Of a stretch of DNA of 64,000 nucleotides, positions 11,673-24,234 are shown in pieces; the stretch's first letter is position 1; each line of letters begins with the position of its first letter. The DNA is from Phoronis australis. Taxonomy: Eukaryota > Animalia > Phoronida. Both the position numbers and the translations under genes were made by a program. The stretch lies in NCBI GenBank assembly GCA_002633005.1, contig NMRA01000445.1:311816-375815 (forward strand), in the 5' to 3' direction. A model generated the notes under the pieces. The model was given only the letters and a program-made list of their open reading frames with translations, was not told the DNA's origin and did not search any database.

Positions 11673-13990
11673 CTACTGAATGGTGTTCCGGCATGGTGTG
11701 CATCCCAAAGTCCAATGGCCGAGTGCGCATTTGCGTAGATCTCACTCCACTGAACAAAGCCGTGAGGCGTGAAGTTCACCCGATGTCATCTGTTGAGGAC
11801 AGTCTGAGCAGTCTTAGTTATCTTCTCGAAATTAGATGCCAACTCAGGGTTCTGGCAGATTCCTCTACACGAAGCATCCAAAGACCTAACAACCTTCATC
11901 AGTCCCCTTGGACGTTTCAGGTTTAACAGACTTCCCTTTGGAATAAGCTCTGCCCCAGAGATTTTCCAACGCACGATCCTTGAAGGTCTAGATGGTGCCT
12001 TGTGTCATATGGATGACATACTCATCTATGGAAGCACTCAAAAACAACACGACGAAAGAGTCCGTTCAGTACTTCAGCGTCTACAATCTGCAGGCCTGAC
12101 CCTGAACAACAAATGTGAGTTTTCCACCTCAAAGATCAAGTTCCTGGGACACCTTATCAGCTCAGATGGGATAATGGCTGACCCATAAAAGATGCAAGCA
12201 GTTAGAGATTTCCCTGTGCCCACAAATGTGACTTCAAAGATTTAATGGCATGGTGAACCAGCTGGCGAAATTCCTACCTAATCTGGTGAAGCTGAATGAA
12301 CCCCTGAGACAACTATTGAGGAAAGACCAAGCCTTCCAATGGGATGAACCTCAACAGAGATCCTTTCAACAAGTAAAAGAAGCACTCGTCCCAACAGTCA
12401 CACTGGCCCACTACGAACCTAGTCGTGAGACCATAGTAGCAGCTGATGCAAGCCAGTACAGCATTGGTGCTGTATTGCTCTAAATTGATTCTGGTGGTAA
12501 CAGAAGACCAATGTGCTTTGCGTCCAGATCACTTAACGACACGGAGAAACGTTATGCAGTGATAGAAAAGGAAGCACTAGCAGCCACCTGGGCTTGCGAG
12601 AAGTTCTCAATCTTCATTCTTGGACTCAAGTTTACCCTGGAGACCGACCATAAAGCACTAGTGCCTCTACTGTCATCAACAGACTTGTCTAAGATGCCAC
12701 CTCGAGTGCTACGTTTCCGTCTCCGTTTGATGAAATTCAGCCCCACGATAAACCACGTTCCAGGAAAGAACCGCCTGATTGCAGATGCCTTGTCCCGAGC
12801 TCCGGTTGACACAACCTTCAGTTCCTGATGAGATATTCCTAGACGAAGTTGAAGATCAAGCTGAGTATACAGTTAAAAACTTACCTGCAACACAAGTTCG
12901 TCTGAATCAGATCAACGAAGCACAACGTAGTGATGCAAAATGTGGTGAAGTCATCAAGTACTGCCAAAATGGTTGGCCTGCCTTCTCTGCAGATACGCTA
13001 CTGAAACCTTACTACGAGAAAAAGCAACATCTCACCATCGTAGATGGACTACTGATGTACAACGATCGTATTGTTATTCCCCAGTCGATGCAGTTGGAGG
13101 TGCTAAACCAAATCCACCAAGGTCATCTAGGGATAACGAAGTGCCGAGCAAGAGCCATGGAATCTGTTTGGTGGCCACGCATCAGTACACAGATTGAGGC
13201 AATGTGTAAACAGTGCCTAACCTGTGCTCTTCACAGACCAGAGACGAAGGAGCCCTTGTTGCCTTCATCTTTTCCTTACCGACCCTGGGAACGAATTGGA
13301 ACCGACTTGTTCGAACTGAACAAACAACACTACGTCCTTGTGGTAGACTACTTCTCCAGATGGATCGAAGTTCGAAGACTTAGCCAGACAACTGCGCAAC
13401 ACACGATTGAAGCACTCAAGTCAATATTCAGTACACATGGAATACCAGACATTGTTATATCCGACAATGGCCCCCAGTATGCTTGTGAAAGCTTTGACAT
13501 GTTTGCCAAAGACTACGGCTTCGTTCATGTGACATCCTCACCTCTCTACCCTCNNNNNNNNNNNNNNNNNNNNNNNNNNNNNNNNNNNNNNNNNNNNNNN
13601 NNNNNNNNNNNNNNNNNNNNNNNNNNNNNNNNNNNNAAACTTCGACCACAGACACCGAACTATGTCCCTACCAGTATTAGGTGTTGGAGACCAAGTCTGG
13701 GTGCGCGATCAAGACAAACACGGTGAAGTGAAAGAGAGTTCGACAAACCCGAGATCCTACCTTGTCGTCACGGAGTCCGGTGCTACAATTCGCCGTAACC
13801 GGTCAGCGTTGATTCATACCGGAAATATGAAAAGTGCCTCACCAGTGAGAGAATTTTACACCAAAAGAGACGACCCCCAAACCATTTTCAAACCCGGCAT
13901 CAACGCCACCTACCGTAAACACCCCACAGACCCAACAACTACGACGTTCTCAACGGGTTATTAAACCAGTGGATCGCCTGAACCTCTGAA
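11673..13990 (+). pseudogene. pol: Gypsy pol remnant (RT, RNase H, integrase) with frameshifts, stops and an N gap
   Basis: TEWCSGMV, VRICVDL, LPFG, HMDDIL (RT); ADASQYSIGAVL, YAVIEKEALA, ETDHKAL, ADALSR (RNase H); HQGHLG...C..C, VVDYFSRW, SDNGPQY (integrase). Stops at about 12186 and 12481. Confidence 0.92.
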
Positions 13991-16637
13991 CATTTGATTA
14001 ATTTTCAGCGCTTAGTGATAATGACATTAACATAGTTCAGGACATTTATTGCTTAAAGCGTTTACACATATTCTTAAACTATCTTGGGAGGAGATGTAGT
14101 ATTATAGCTCTTTAGACTTAGAGATAAATATATTGAGTTCCGGTTCCATCAGCGTTGTTGTTCCTACACCATACATGTAGGATAGCAGTGCTACCGAAAC
14201 AATGATCCATTTATTTTAACCCCAAGGTTATTATAATACAACATCATTATTCAGTGCATTCGTACATGTAACTACAATTCTGAATACCAAGCAACAAGAA
14301 ACAAAACAAACAAAACACGGAAGCATCGCGCACAACTAAAGAGAAGATAACTTAAATTACAAATTACAATTCCTTCTGCCGGGACCGGGGCTGGTATTCA
14401 GTGTCTCACGGTTCGCACGTGCGTTGCCATTAGCAGCGTCCTTTTCTCAGTCTGCTTGTCATCCACGCATTTCTGTTCTGACGGCCTGCAGTTTTTCTCT
14501 CATCAACCACAGTTGTTCACTTCTTACTTAGTTCTTTTCTCATTAATCGTTTTGAATATATTGTTCGTCATCAGAGTTCTTTTCTCACGTACCGCATTCA
14601 TTAGTCAAAAAGTCTTGTCTTCCATTCCATACCACAACGCACATGCTACTCAGTCCGAGGCGACCAATTTGTACTAATTATGACAAAGATTTCTTTACTG
14701 TATTTTTTCTCCATGTCCCTGCCAATTTCTAACGATTGACACGGGACTTTATTGGTAAGGTCGCCCGGGTGCAGGCGTGTGATTTATGATAAGTGATTTG
14801 TCATAATTTTGTGAAGTCTCCCTCATTGTACAGTGGTTTTGGCTGCTTAAATATATGACCACTTTCATACACATTCTGTCTAAATTCACTTCAGAGACCT
14901 CAACCTGCCTGACCTCAATGCCAGACCACTGTTTTGGATTTCAATCATACTGGAACTGAGGATTTGAAGTGTACATCATTACGAACTTCACTGCCACGTT
15001 CTAGATCATGCAAAAATTTTAAAAGGTCTCAGCGGTCTAAACTTACCATTTCGTGTGCGCAGGGTTGAAAAGAAACAATAAACCGAAGTTAAAGAGCGCT
15101 ACCTTTCGAAAATGTGGAACTATAACTGGCTTTTTGCTGACCTCTTTCCCTTATACGTTCTAGCCTCTAATGCACAGTTGCTCATACTAAAGATACTTGC
15201 TCATACCAGGCCGATCGTTTTGTCTCCTGCACAGACCCGTACCAAAGATACTATATCCCAAGATGGCCGTCCTAGTGTAATTTGCCTAGTCACACATTTG
15301 GAACAGCGCTACCTATTACCTGGAGACCAAGTTGTATTCGGAGACCCTCAAACCAGGTCTGAGCCTGTGGTGAAGATTGTAACTAACTTGAATAAAAACA
15401 CGTATCTATAAAATCTTTGCCTGTACTCTAGATTGGCTTCACAGGCGCTATCCGTGACGTCAGAGTGTGAGCCCCGGGAACCAGGGTAGTCTATTACAGT
15501 GGTTTTTTTGGGAAAAAATCAGTCAGCTATGCGACAAGGTTCTCAGGAAATAGGTCGCCTTTCAACTATTCAACCGAGTAAGACACAGGCACTAAAGCTA
15601 CACTGCCTCCTGGATGACCAAACTTCATAAAAATATGGGTTCGACTACACGTTAAATCGTGTAGTCGAACCTATTGTGGTCTCAGGTCCTGGCATCGTTG
15701 TGCCCTAGGATTCCCATGTGGGCGTGTTAGGTGAAGATGGGGGTAAGACTGAAATCGGTATAGCTAGAAGCGCGTGCAGTATGAGTTTATAAAGAAAACG
15801 TCTCAACGGTTTATTATATAGGCTACCTTTAGGTTGGACACAACAAAGTTGCCATAGGCTACGTGATTGTGTACACAAAAGCTTGATGACATTTATAAGA
15901 GTATCGCATACTTGGTGTATTGGCTTTGAGAATGACGGGAAACACATTGCACAAGGTCGTATTATAGAGAACATGAGGGCAGAGACTTATGTATGCTATC
16001 AGTTCCTGGAAGAAGTTAGCTAATTTTTCAAGCTGTACATAAAATCATAAATCACTGATTTATGATACAGTACATCAAGGATGCGGCCCGGGAAAAACTC
16101 AGAGACGGGTAATAAAATTACGGATTGCAGGAATGGGAATTTTTAAAACTTTGGCAAACGTGATGAAAGTTACAAGTGTATTGCACACACCTTTGCAATC
16201 ATTATTGAAAAAATTAGTGAGCGTTTTATAATTAGATGAACTAGTTGTTCTATATGAACAGAAAGTAATCGATATTTTTGCCAGCAATAATTTTGAAAGT
16301 TGAAGTTAATTGAATTAAGAAAAAAAAATTAATAAAGTTGATACTCTTACCGAATATAAACTAGACCCCATAGAATCCCCAAGTTAAATATCCAAGATTC
16401 TTACCAGAGGCTCGAGAGAATCCGACCAGATAGATCCAAGGGTTCGGAGGGTTCGATCGAACCCCCGCGAAAAAGATCCAGCCCCAGCATATCCGTTACA
16501 GGATATAGACGAATACAAAAATGAACAAAATTTTTGTAGTTATCACCTGTACCACTAACTACTATAATAATCACGTTGGTAATAATTCAAATTTGGTTCG
16601 GAATCAAAGCGCTTTACGTAATCACTTGCACCGTACC

Positions 16638-16944
16638 CAGGGGCAGATCCAGGATTTTGAGAGTTAGGGGGAGGGCAGGGCACGGGAATAAGCAGAATTT
16701 CGACAGATGCACCCGCCCAGCCTAAAATTTGGGTACGCAGAGGCCTCGAGCCTCGAATGGTTGGGGTTGCGGACCTGTTGACTAAAAAAGGTAAACAGTG
16801 TTCAGTTTGTTCAGGGCCTATGCGTTGTTTATTCACACCCGGCAAGCCCGTGCTTGCCGCGCACCCGAACTCCTAAATGGTATCTGGTAGAATTTTGGGG
16901 GGGCNNNNNNNNNNNNNNNNNNNNNNNNNNTAGATCCGCCACTG
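16638..16944. mobile_element. MITE with hAT-like termini and apparent 5-bp TSD
   Basis: CAGGGGCAGATCCA ... TAGATCCGCCACTG flanked by GTACC on both sides; contains an N gap. Confidence 0.6.
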
Positions 16945-18229
16945 GTACCCCGCCAACTTCGCCATGTGCTAGCGTACTAGAGGACAGGTTCATGCAGACG
17001 ATTAGAGGACGCTTTATGTTTCTGACAGTCATAAGTTACCAACTACCACTTTGAACGCCCGTGGTGACTATAGCCGCGAGAGGTCCCCAAAAGTAGCATG
17101 TAAATGGATCAACCAACAAAACAGGAGATAGGTTTGTTATCTAATTTTTCGGTATAATGATGTGCACGTTTTTTTAATTTTCGAATCGAAAAAGATCGTT
17201 AAATATGTTGTCCATCCATTGCATGCTTTGGTTGTGTATTGGTGGATTGACATGAATGTGATGTGTGCGTTTCCATTATTTTAGTACAGTACACATAACT
17301 TCAATATGCAATCCTAGTGTCGTTGATCAAAAAGCAGACATTTCACTACCGTGTTTCCTTGCACTGAGAAAATCCCGCCAACTTGCATGATCCCAAATTA
17401 TTCGGTCAAAGTCTTCTCTTGTATTTTATTGCCAATGGTGCACCTCCTCGCACACTTCATACGAGCAACAAACTTGATGGAAGAAATTTCAAAGATTACA
17501 TATCTCTCTTGCCAAAACTCACTGTTGCGAAACCGTGCTCACAAGTCTGACAGTTTACTATATCTGCTAATGAGGTGGAACTGACATCTATGAACTATTG
17601 TATTTGTGACCATTTAGTAACCATGTGCAAAAGTTGAATAGTTCCCAAAAACATTGATGCTGTTTGCAAATGAACTCAGTTCCAATCACTCACAATCGCG
17701 ATTCTTGAATATAAAAGGACTCCTTTTCAAACAAGGACAACATCCGGGGCACGGAGACAATTTTTTTATATGTGGGTGGCAGCGGATTTTGGTCGGCTTT
17801 AAGTTTGGGAAGACAGGATGTGACTCTCGGACTTGGTGAAGACTGGCTTGCATAGGGTAACCTTCTACATATTTAGTTCCGACCCGGCCATGCCCGTGCC
17901 TTTTTCAGTGTTGCGTTGGGAAATGATGCGATCTTGACATTGATTCGGTGAATGTATCGTGTTTAATAATTCATCAATATTCCTGCTTCATGTTCTTTTT
18001 AAAATGCAAGTACACATTCATTTTTCCGTTTACATAAGAAATGCTTTGGAGCCCACTTTCGCATGCACAAGAAACCCCAAAAAGTTAAAGTGTATTACCT
18101 TCTTCTTCTTCCGGTTTCAACAAAAGATCTAAATACCGACCCTTATATGTTGGTGCACGTTAGTGATTAAGCAAACAAAGTGCTGGTTAGCGCCATGATA
18201 AAAACAAGTTTTATTATTTACTGAGTGAT

Positions 18230-19390
18230 GTTGATGTTTAGGATGCCACTCTTGAACATCTGATGAGATGGCACGTTGTTAGAATCTATTCCAGAGTAAA
18301 ATAGTAGATTGGAAGAAAGAGTTTGCGGAATATGCATTGCGATAGTTCTCTCAAAGGTATGAGAGTGACAATTACGCGATCTAGAAATATGAAGTGGTGG
18401 AAGGTACTGTATGTGTGGGGAATGGCAACCAGGTTGTGTACGGCCTTGTACATGAGGGACACTTTATTTCTTGAAGAGTGGGCCATTGCAGAGTGGTAAG
18501 CATAGACGAAACAGGGGAGTATCTGGAGTGGTCATTTAGGACGAACCTGGCTGCTTTACGCTGTAGTCTTTCTATCTTGCCAATATTGGAGTGAGTGGAG
18601 GCATTCCAGACAGAGGAGGAATATTCAAGTTTGGTCCTCACTAGTGAAGTCAAAAATTGTATACATTAATTAACTTATTTATTTCATTTTTCATTCATCT
18701 GCACATATCATTGTTCGTTATTTATTTATTTATTTCATTTATCTATTTATTGTACTTTTGAGGACCATGTGGTAGATAAGTTTTACACTTAACATGTTTT
18801 TTCCTCTATAAATAAAGTTATTTATTAAGTTTAGGCCAAGGCTTTTGTTTCATGAGGTTCATATTTGAGGTTCCGCACGGTTTAATGGAAAACAAGGGTT
18901 CTGTTTTCCTTAGAGCTGACTGTGTCAATGTGAATGTTCTATGATAAATTATTGGTAAGAGTGACCCCAAGGTAGGGGGCTTGGTTTAACCATTTGAGCG
19001 GTGAGTTGTGAAGACTTTGATTGCATATTATGGGGGAAAGTTTTCTATGGACACTGACGTTGAATATTTCATTTGGAAACGTTGAGATCCATTTTCCAGG
19101 ATTTATTCCCAAGAGCCTAGGGAGTCTTTTCTGCAGTATTTGGCAATCATGCAGGGCGGGGGGGGGGTGGAGCAATGGGTGGGATGCGGGGGGTGGAGCA
19201 ATGGGTCTATTATAGATGACTGCATCATCGGCAAAAAACGGGCGTTTGAAAGAATGAAGTCAAGAAGGTCGTTAATATACATGTAGAGTATGAAGAGTGC
19301 ATGACCAAGGACAGAGCCCTGGGGCTCCTCTGAGTGAACTGAGGAGGAATTTGAGAACTCGCTATCGACGTTGTTCTCAGATTTAATTAC
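18230..19390 (-). mobile_element. Degenerate non-LTR retrotransposon (CR1/L2-group) RT 3' portion, interrupted by short insertions
   Basis: PQGSVLG..LF..YINDL, FADD (frameshifted), YLGVTL and LVRTKLEYSSSVW...IERLQRKAARFV on the minus strand. An unrelated AT-rich LINE-tail-like segment lies at about 18652-18830. Confidence 0.85.
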
Positions 19391-20659
19391 TATAGGTACA
19401 CCACAATGTCTCTGTACGAAATTCAAATATTTTCGAGGTAGTGAACCTCCGGAGTAGTGAACCTTAGTGTCATCTCAAGAAAATGGAGCAGCCAACTGAG
19501 TCATCGTCGTGTATACGGTTTTCCTTTCTGTCGGATTTAGCTGCGTAAGGGCGCTATCGATGAAACAGTCGACCTTCGCGAAATATGATCTAAAGGTCCA
19601 TCGTTTTAGAAATTCGAAATACCCTGTGTGTTCTCTACCACCTAGCGACACGCAGAAAATCATCAAGAGCCGCGGACAATCCGAATAACACCAGCAGGCC
19701 CTGCTTGGCCAAAACAATAGACCAATTAGCCACAAGTGGGGTTCACGTAACAACCAATAACTGAGGCAATCATAACAAACCTGACCTGAAAGGTCAGAGG
19801 TCACGTATATCTGTCAGTTTCAGCGTTCACGACATAACTAATTGGGGATTAAGTTAGTTTTTGGCCACAGTAAGATTAAAAACCGGACGATCATATTTAC
19901 AAATATATATGTAAATATGATCCTGATAATGTCTAATGAATAGACGAAACGTTGATTGGACATGAACTTTTTTATTTGTGCGGCGATCGTCCGGTTTTTT
20001 TAACTAATTTGGGGTAAATAGGAAGCGTAAAATGTACCTTTCTTCTGTAATGAATAATAAATTTCTGTAACGAGGTTATATGTCCACATCGCTCATATGA
20101 AAATACGACGACTGTTTAAATACTTTTTGACACTAAAGGCCAATAACCGAAAGACAATCTGGACCATTACGAGGATAGTAACCATGATGACGTCACAGGT
20201 CGTCATTAACATTTCGTGAACACAGTGGCCAGGGTTGAACATGGAGCTCAGGTGAGTTAAAATTTTACACCGCCGAAAGTTCTTGATTTGTTTCATTGAA
20301 CGCTGGAGCATAAGTAACATTTTTCGTGGTTCTCCAGATCCTAATATTGCTCCCGATCACGCAAATATAGCTCATGAGTGTGCAGTGACAGCGTTGCAAG
20401 ACGGTATAATTGTACATGTCTGACTGCTGCGCTGACTACAACAGTCACTGGGTCAGCCAGCCAGCTCACTAGTAGCTACAGCGTGTTGTGATGACCTCCG
20501 TTAGACCCGGAAATTACAGTCTGGACAGTTCTTCTTGTTACCTAATCGTGAAACTATTATCAAATTGAAAATAAAGAGCTAACACCGCACTGGCGGGATC
20601 AGCCTGTCTGCTAGCTGGACCGCTAGCTGAATGAAGACTATAATTCCTATTACAAAAAA

Positions 20660-22915
20660 GGCCTTTCTGCAAACAATTGCAGCAAGGTTGCCGCGAAGTT
20701 GCACCAAATTTGCCGCAAAAGTTTCTGTAAACCAGCCGCAAACACATGGAACCGTCTCTGACCAAAGAGTGGTCGCAAGTTTCCCGCAACAAAGACTCAC
20801 ATTTGCTGCAAGCTTAATTGATGCAAAGATATTCAACATAGTGGAGTTGTGATCACGTAAATGGTATGAACAATTTAAACGAGAAATGTTCTTGAAAAAT
20901 ATATTATTTTTATTATATGCCCACTTGATAAAAAGAAAATACAGAATCAGATGCATACAATATTTAACATAATAGTTTTCAATATTATAATGTATAATGA
21001 CTAGCAACCAAACCAACATCACTTAAAAAACACTGTAAAAGTGTCTACAGGGGCAGTCTACAGTGGCAGTAATAGGCTAATTCTTGTGACTAGAAACGAA
21101 ACCAACATCATATAACAATGAATAACAAAAGCTATAGCCTAAAAGTGTCTACAGTTGCAGTAATATGATACTTGTATTACAATCAACTTTGTTTAAATAG
21201 AACAACTTAAATGCACATACAAGCTTGCATTGTATTCTTAATTATAATATAGCGAGATGCTTTGTAGTTAACGTAGAGCAAAAGCCTATGGTAATTATAA
21301 AATGATATTCTTTACATGACTAAAAGCGAAACCAAAACAGCAACGCAGAGTGTTGATGAAATGCACCCACGAATGTACCGCCGACGGTATGTTTCTTGGG
21401 GCGCTTATTGGCATTGAAAATGGTGCAAAATATGTCGAATGCCAGTAAAGAGAAAACCAGTCAAACCCATTAGAAAAACAATGTCCGCTGTGGTCTTCTC
21501 AAAACGTAAATTAATTTCAGAATGATTTAGAAGATAGAAAGGCAAAATTAATGTAAAACAGACAATAGATAGAATAAATATGTGGGCGCAGTAGTGTATA
21601 AATTTATCTGTGCTGGATGTGGCTCCAGTTATGTAGGCGAAACTGTTCGCCATTTGAAAACCCGGACCAGGGAACATCTAAAGTCTGACCGTAGTTCAAA
21701 CATTAATATTCATCTGCAGAACTCAGTCAATCAATGTTATGAGCAATGCTCTTTCAATGACTTTGCTATAATAACAGACCAAGCAGAAACAACAAATGAG
21801 CTTAAAATTCGAGAGGCTCAACACATTGATTGGTGCAAGCCCAGTCTCAATAGGAAACCGGCACACCACAGGTTGTCATAGACTATTGTTAGTCTAATCT
21901 ATTGTTACTCCCCAGCAACTGACAGTGTCTGTGTATCACTACTTGTAGTTTGGCCCAGTAAGGTGGCCACTATTTTTTCATCTGCGTTTTTAACAACGTT
22001 CTCGTGAAATCACCCTTTCGAGGTCGAAATCCTGTGTCTATGTGAGCCCGGTGAGAAACTGGTTGTCGGGCTCCGCTGATTGACCGAACTTACAAGTCCT
22101 GTGCTCGCATGAACACCCCGCGCTCTTGCACAGTTCGGCTAAAACTATACGTAAGCGCCCACTTCTTGGGCAGTCGCCCATCCCCGACTTTTTGCCAATT
22201 TTCGGCTTAAGCGCCCAATGCTTGACTAATAGCCCGCCCCCATGTCTCAGGGTTTCCCACTTTAAGCGGCCAGGGCGTTAACACGAGATTAAGGTATATT
22301 CTCCAATTCTTTTGAGTCACATTTAGGTAACTTTGAGCTTTAATGATCGGAGCCTGAAAGAATAGAGACAGGGGGAGTAAATAATAGGTCGCCTATCGGG
22401 TGTGATTATTATAGGTTAACAACGCTAGAGATGTACTTAGGCTACTATTAATGAGGGAATCTTACCACTAATTAAACAATAAACTTAGAGACAAAAGGAA
22501 CATGGCGGCTAAAGCGAACAGCCAGTGCCATCTATATGTCAATTCTCTAATTTCGTTGAAATTGGAAAATAAAAAACAGTCCGGCTTACAATTTCTAGCA
22601 TTGTCACAATCTTAATGCTAACACTTTTTAGACATTCCGCAAAAATGTTTTGATCTAAAGTTTCTTGCAATTTTCCTGCAAAACATCTTTCATCTATAAG
22701 TTTCCTGTAAACACTTAGTCATTTACTAAGTTTGCTGTAGCTTTCCTGCAAACACTTTTTTCATCTACTAATATTCCTGCAACGTTCCTACCACCACCCT
22801 TTGATCTACTAAGTTTGCCGCAACTTTTCTGCAAACTTCAGTGTTTGCAGCAAGGTAATGCGGCAGTGTGTGCGGCCGAGTTATAAAATTGTCTGCCGCA
22901 AGCTTTCTGCCGGCG
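20660..22915. repeat. Degenerate element with short TTGC(C/A)GCAA-type subterminal repeats
   Basis: Recurrent GCAAGTTT/TTTCCTGCAA/CATCTACTAAG motifs at 20660-20840 and 22620-22915. Exact termini are not resolved. Confidence 0.4.
21570..21881 (+). mobile_element. Penelope-like element GIY-YIG endonuclease fragment
   Basis: VVYKFICAGCGSSYVGETVRHLKTRTREH ... LKIREAQHI...KPSLN matches the PLE GIY-YIG C-terminus. Confidence 0.85.
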
Positions 22916-24234
22916 TCGTGAAACCTGAAGTTAAGAGTGGCGGGACACCCACTTTGCTTGTTACAGCCGTTAAAGTGAAAAGCAATCTAATAAACATCAT
23001 TTTTGTGTAATTCTCTGCCTTTTGTAACAAAAAATATTTTGTCATCGTTTTGAAAACGGTACGCTCACGCGATTTCCTAAATTCTTTGCGAAAGACGTTG
23101 ACAGCTTTGCAGCAGAACACAAAGTTTATTGTTCTGAAAATCGGTTTGCTGGTATTAAAATACTGAAAATATGTATCAAAATAAAATCAGTTCCGATAAT
23201 TTGTTACTTGTGGCATGTAGACAACCTCTTGGAAGAGACTTTTTGATTGAAGGATCAGGGAAAAAGAAAATGGACAATATATGGCTGATGCAATATTTCA
23301 TGGCGAGAAAAACCGATGCAGAAATCGCACCACAATTTTAGCAGCAGAATAACGGTAGAACGCTAATTTTTCTATCGCCGGTAAATAATTTAGTATACTC
23401 GAGGAAGAGTGTAATGAAATTTTTAATAATTTAATTTTGTGTCAGATTTCATTTGATCAGTTCTTAACCCACATCGGCGCAAAGCCGTATAATTAGTATA
23501 CCAAATATACAGCTTTGCAAAGCCGTATAATTAGTATACCAAATATACAGCTTTGCACCGAGGCTGATGAGTGTGAGATAACATGTTCTCAGATTTATCA
23601 GTTCTTCGTGACTGTAACATACGGTAATCACCATCTCTTTCTGGCCCCATTGGAGACGACGAAATTCTTATAGAAGGAAGCTATTCGACGAATTATGCCT
23701 CACACTGGTTGAAACATCGTCACCGTGGTATTGAGGGACCTCTTGGAAAGCAGTGCTATCACTGAAGAGGCCACCCTCATTTTAAATATCAAAATAATAA
23801 ATAAATAAATAAATAAATTAGTCCTTTTGAGTTTTGAGATACACCATTAGTATCTACCAACTGGAACAAATATTTTTGTAATCAAACATTTTCTTTGACC
23901 AATCATTGAATTACCCAAATCGGCAACCAGCCATTTTTAAAACTACGCGCGCTCCTATTTTTACCACGCCCACTATGCTCCTAAGGGAGCTTCACCGTCC
24001 TACTGGGGCCAGCTGAAGATGATGGTCATTGTGTACGTGATTGTTACCCCTGCACTCCACTGGTCCACCAACCCGACAGTTCACAACAGTACTTGAGCTG
24101 CTGACTACACCGTTAAGTGGTCTAAACCGAAAATGGTTTTCGTTACATAAGTCAGGTTTTAAACCGCTTTATTGTTCATTTCATTGTTGTACTCATTGGT
24201 ACAATGTAGTAGTTCTAAGTGCTGCTCTCCATAG

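Larger units (their letters stand above)
10156..14168 (+). mobile_element. Ty3/Gypsy (Mag-like) LTR retrotransposon, internally deleted and decayed
   Basis: 74-bp LTRs at 10156-10229 and 14095-14168 (TGTAG...CTACA, 1 mismatch); 5-bp TSD CCATA; PBS TGGTGGCAGCGGTGG at 10230 complementary to the tRNA-Leu 3' end; PPT GGGAGGAGA; gag N-terminus and RT-RNaseH-integrase order. Confidence 0.95.

Noticed and set aside
21995-22035. Hammerhead-like remnant downstream of the GIY-YIG fragment
   Set aside because: Core too degenerate to support.
23560-23600. CTGATGAG as a hammerhead core
   Set aside because: No GAAA after the candidate stem II; the adjacent 38-bp tandem duplication (about 23479-23557) is a simple slippage product.
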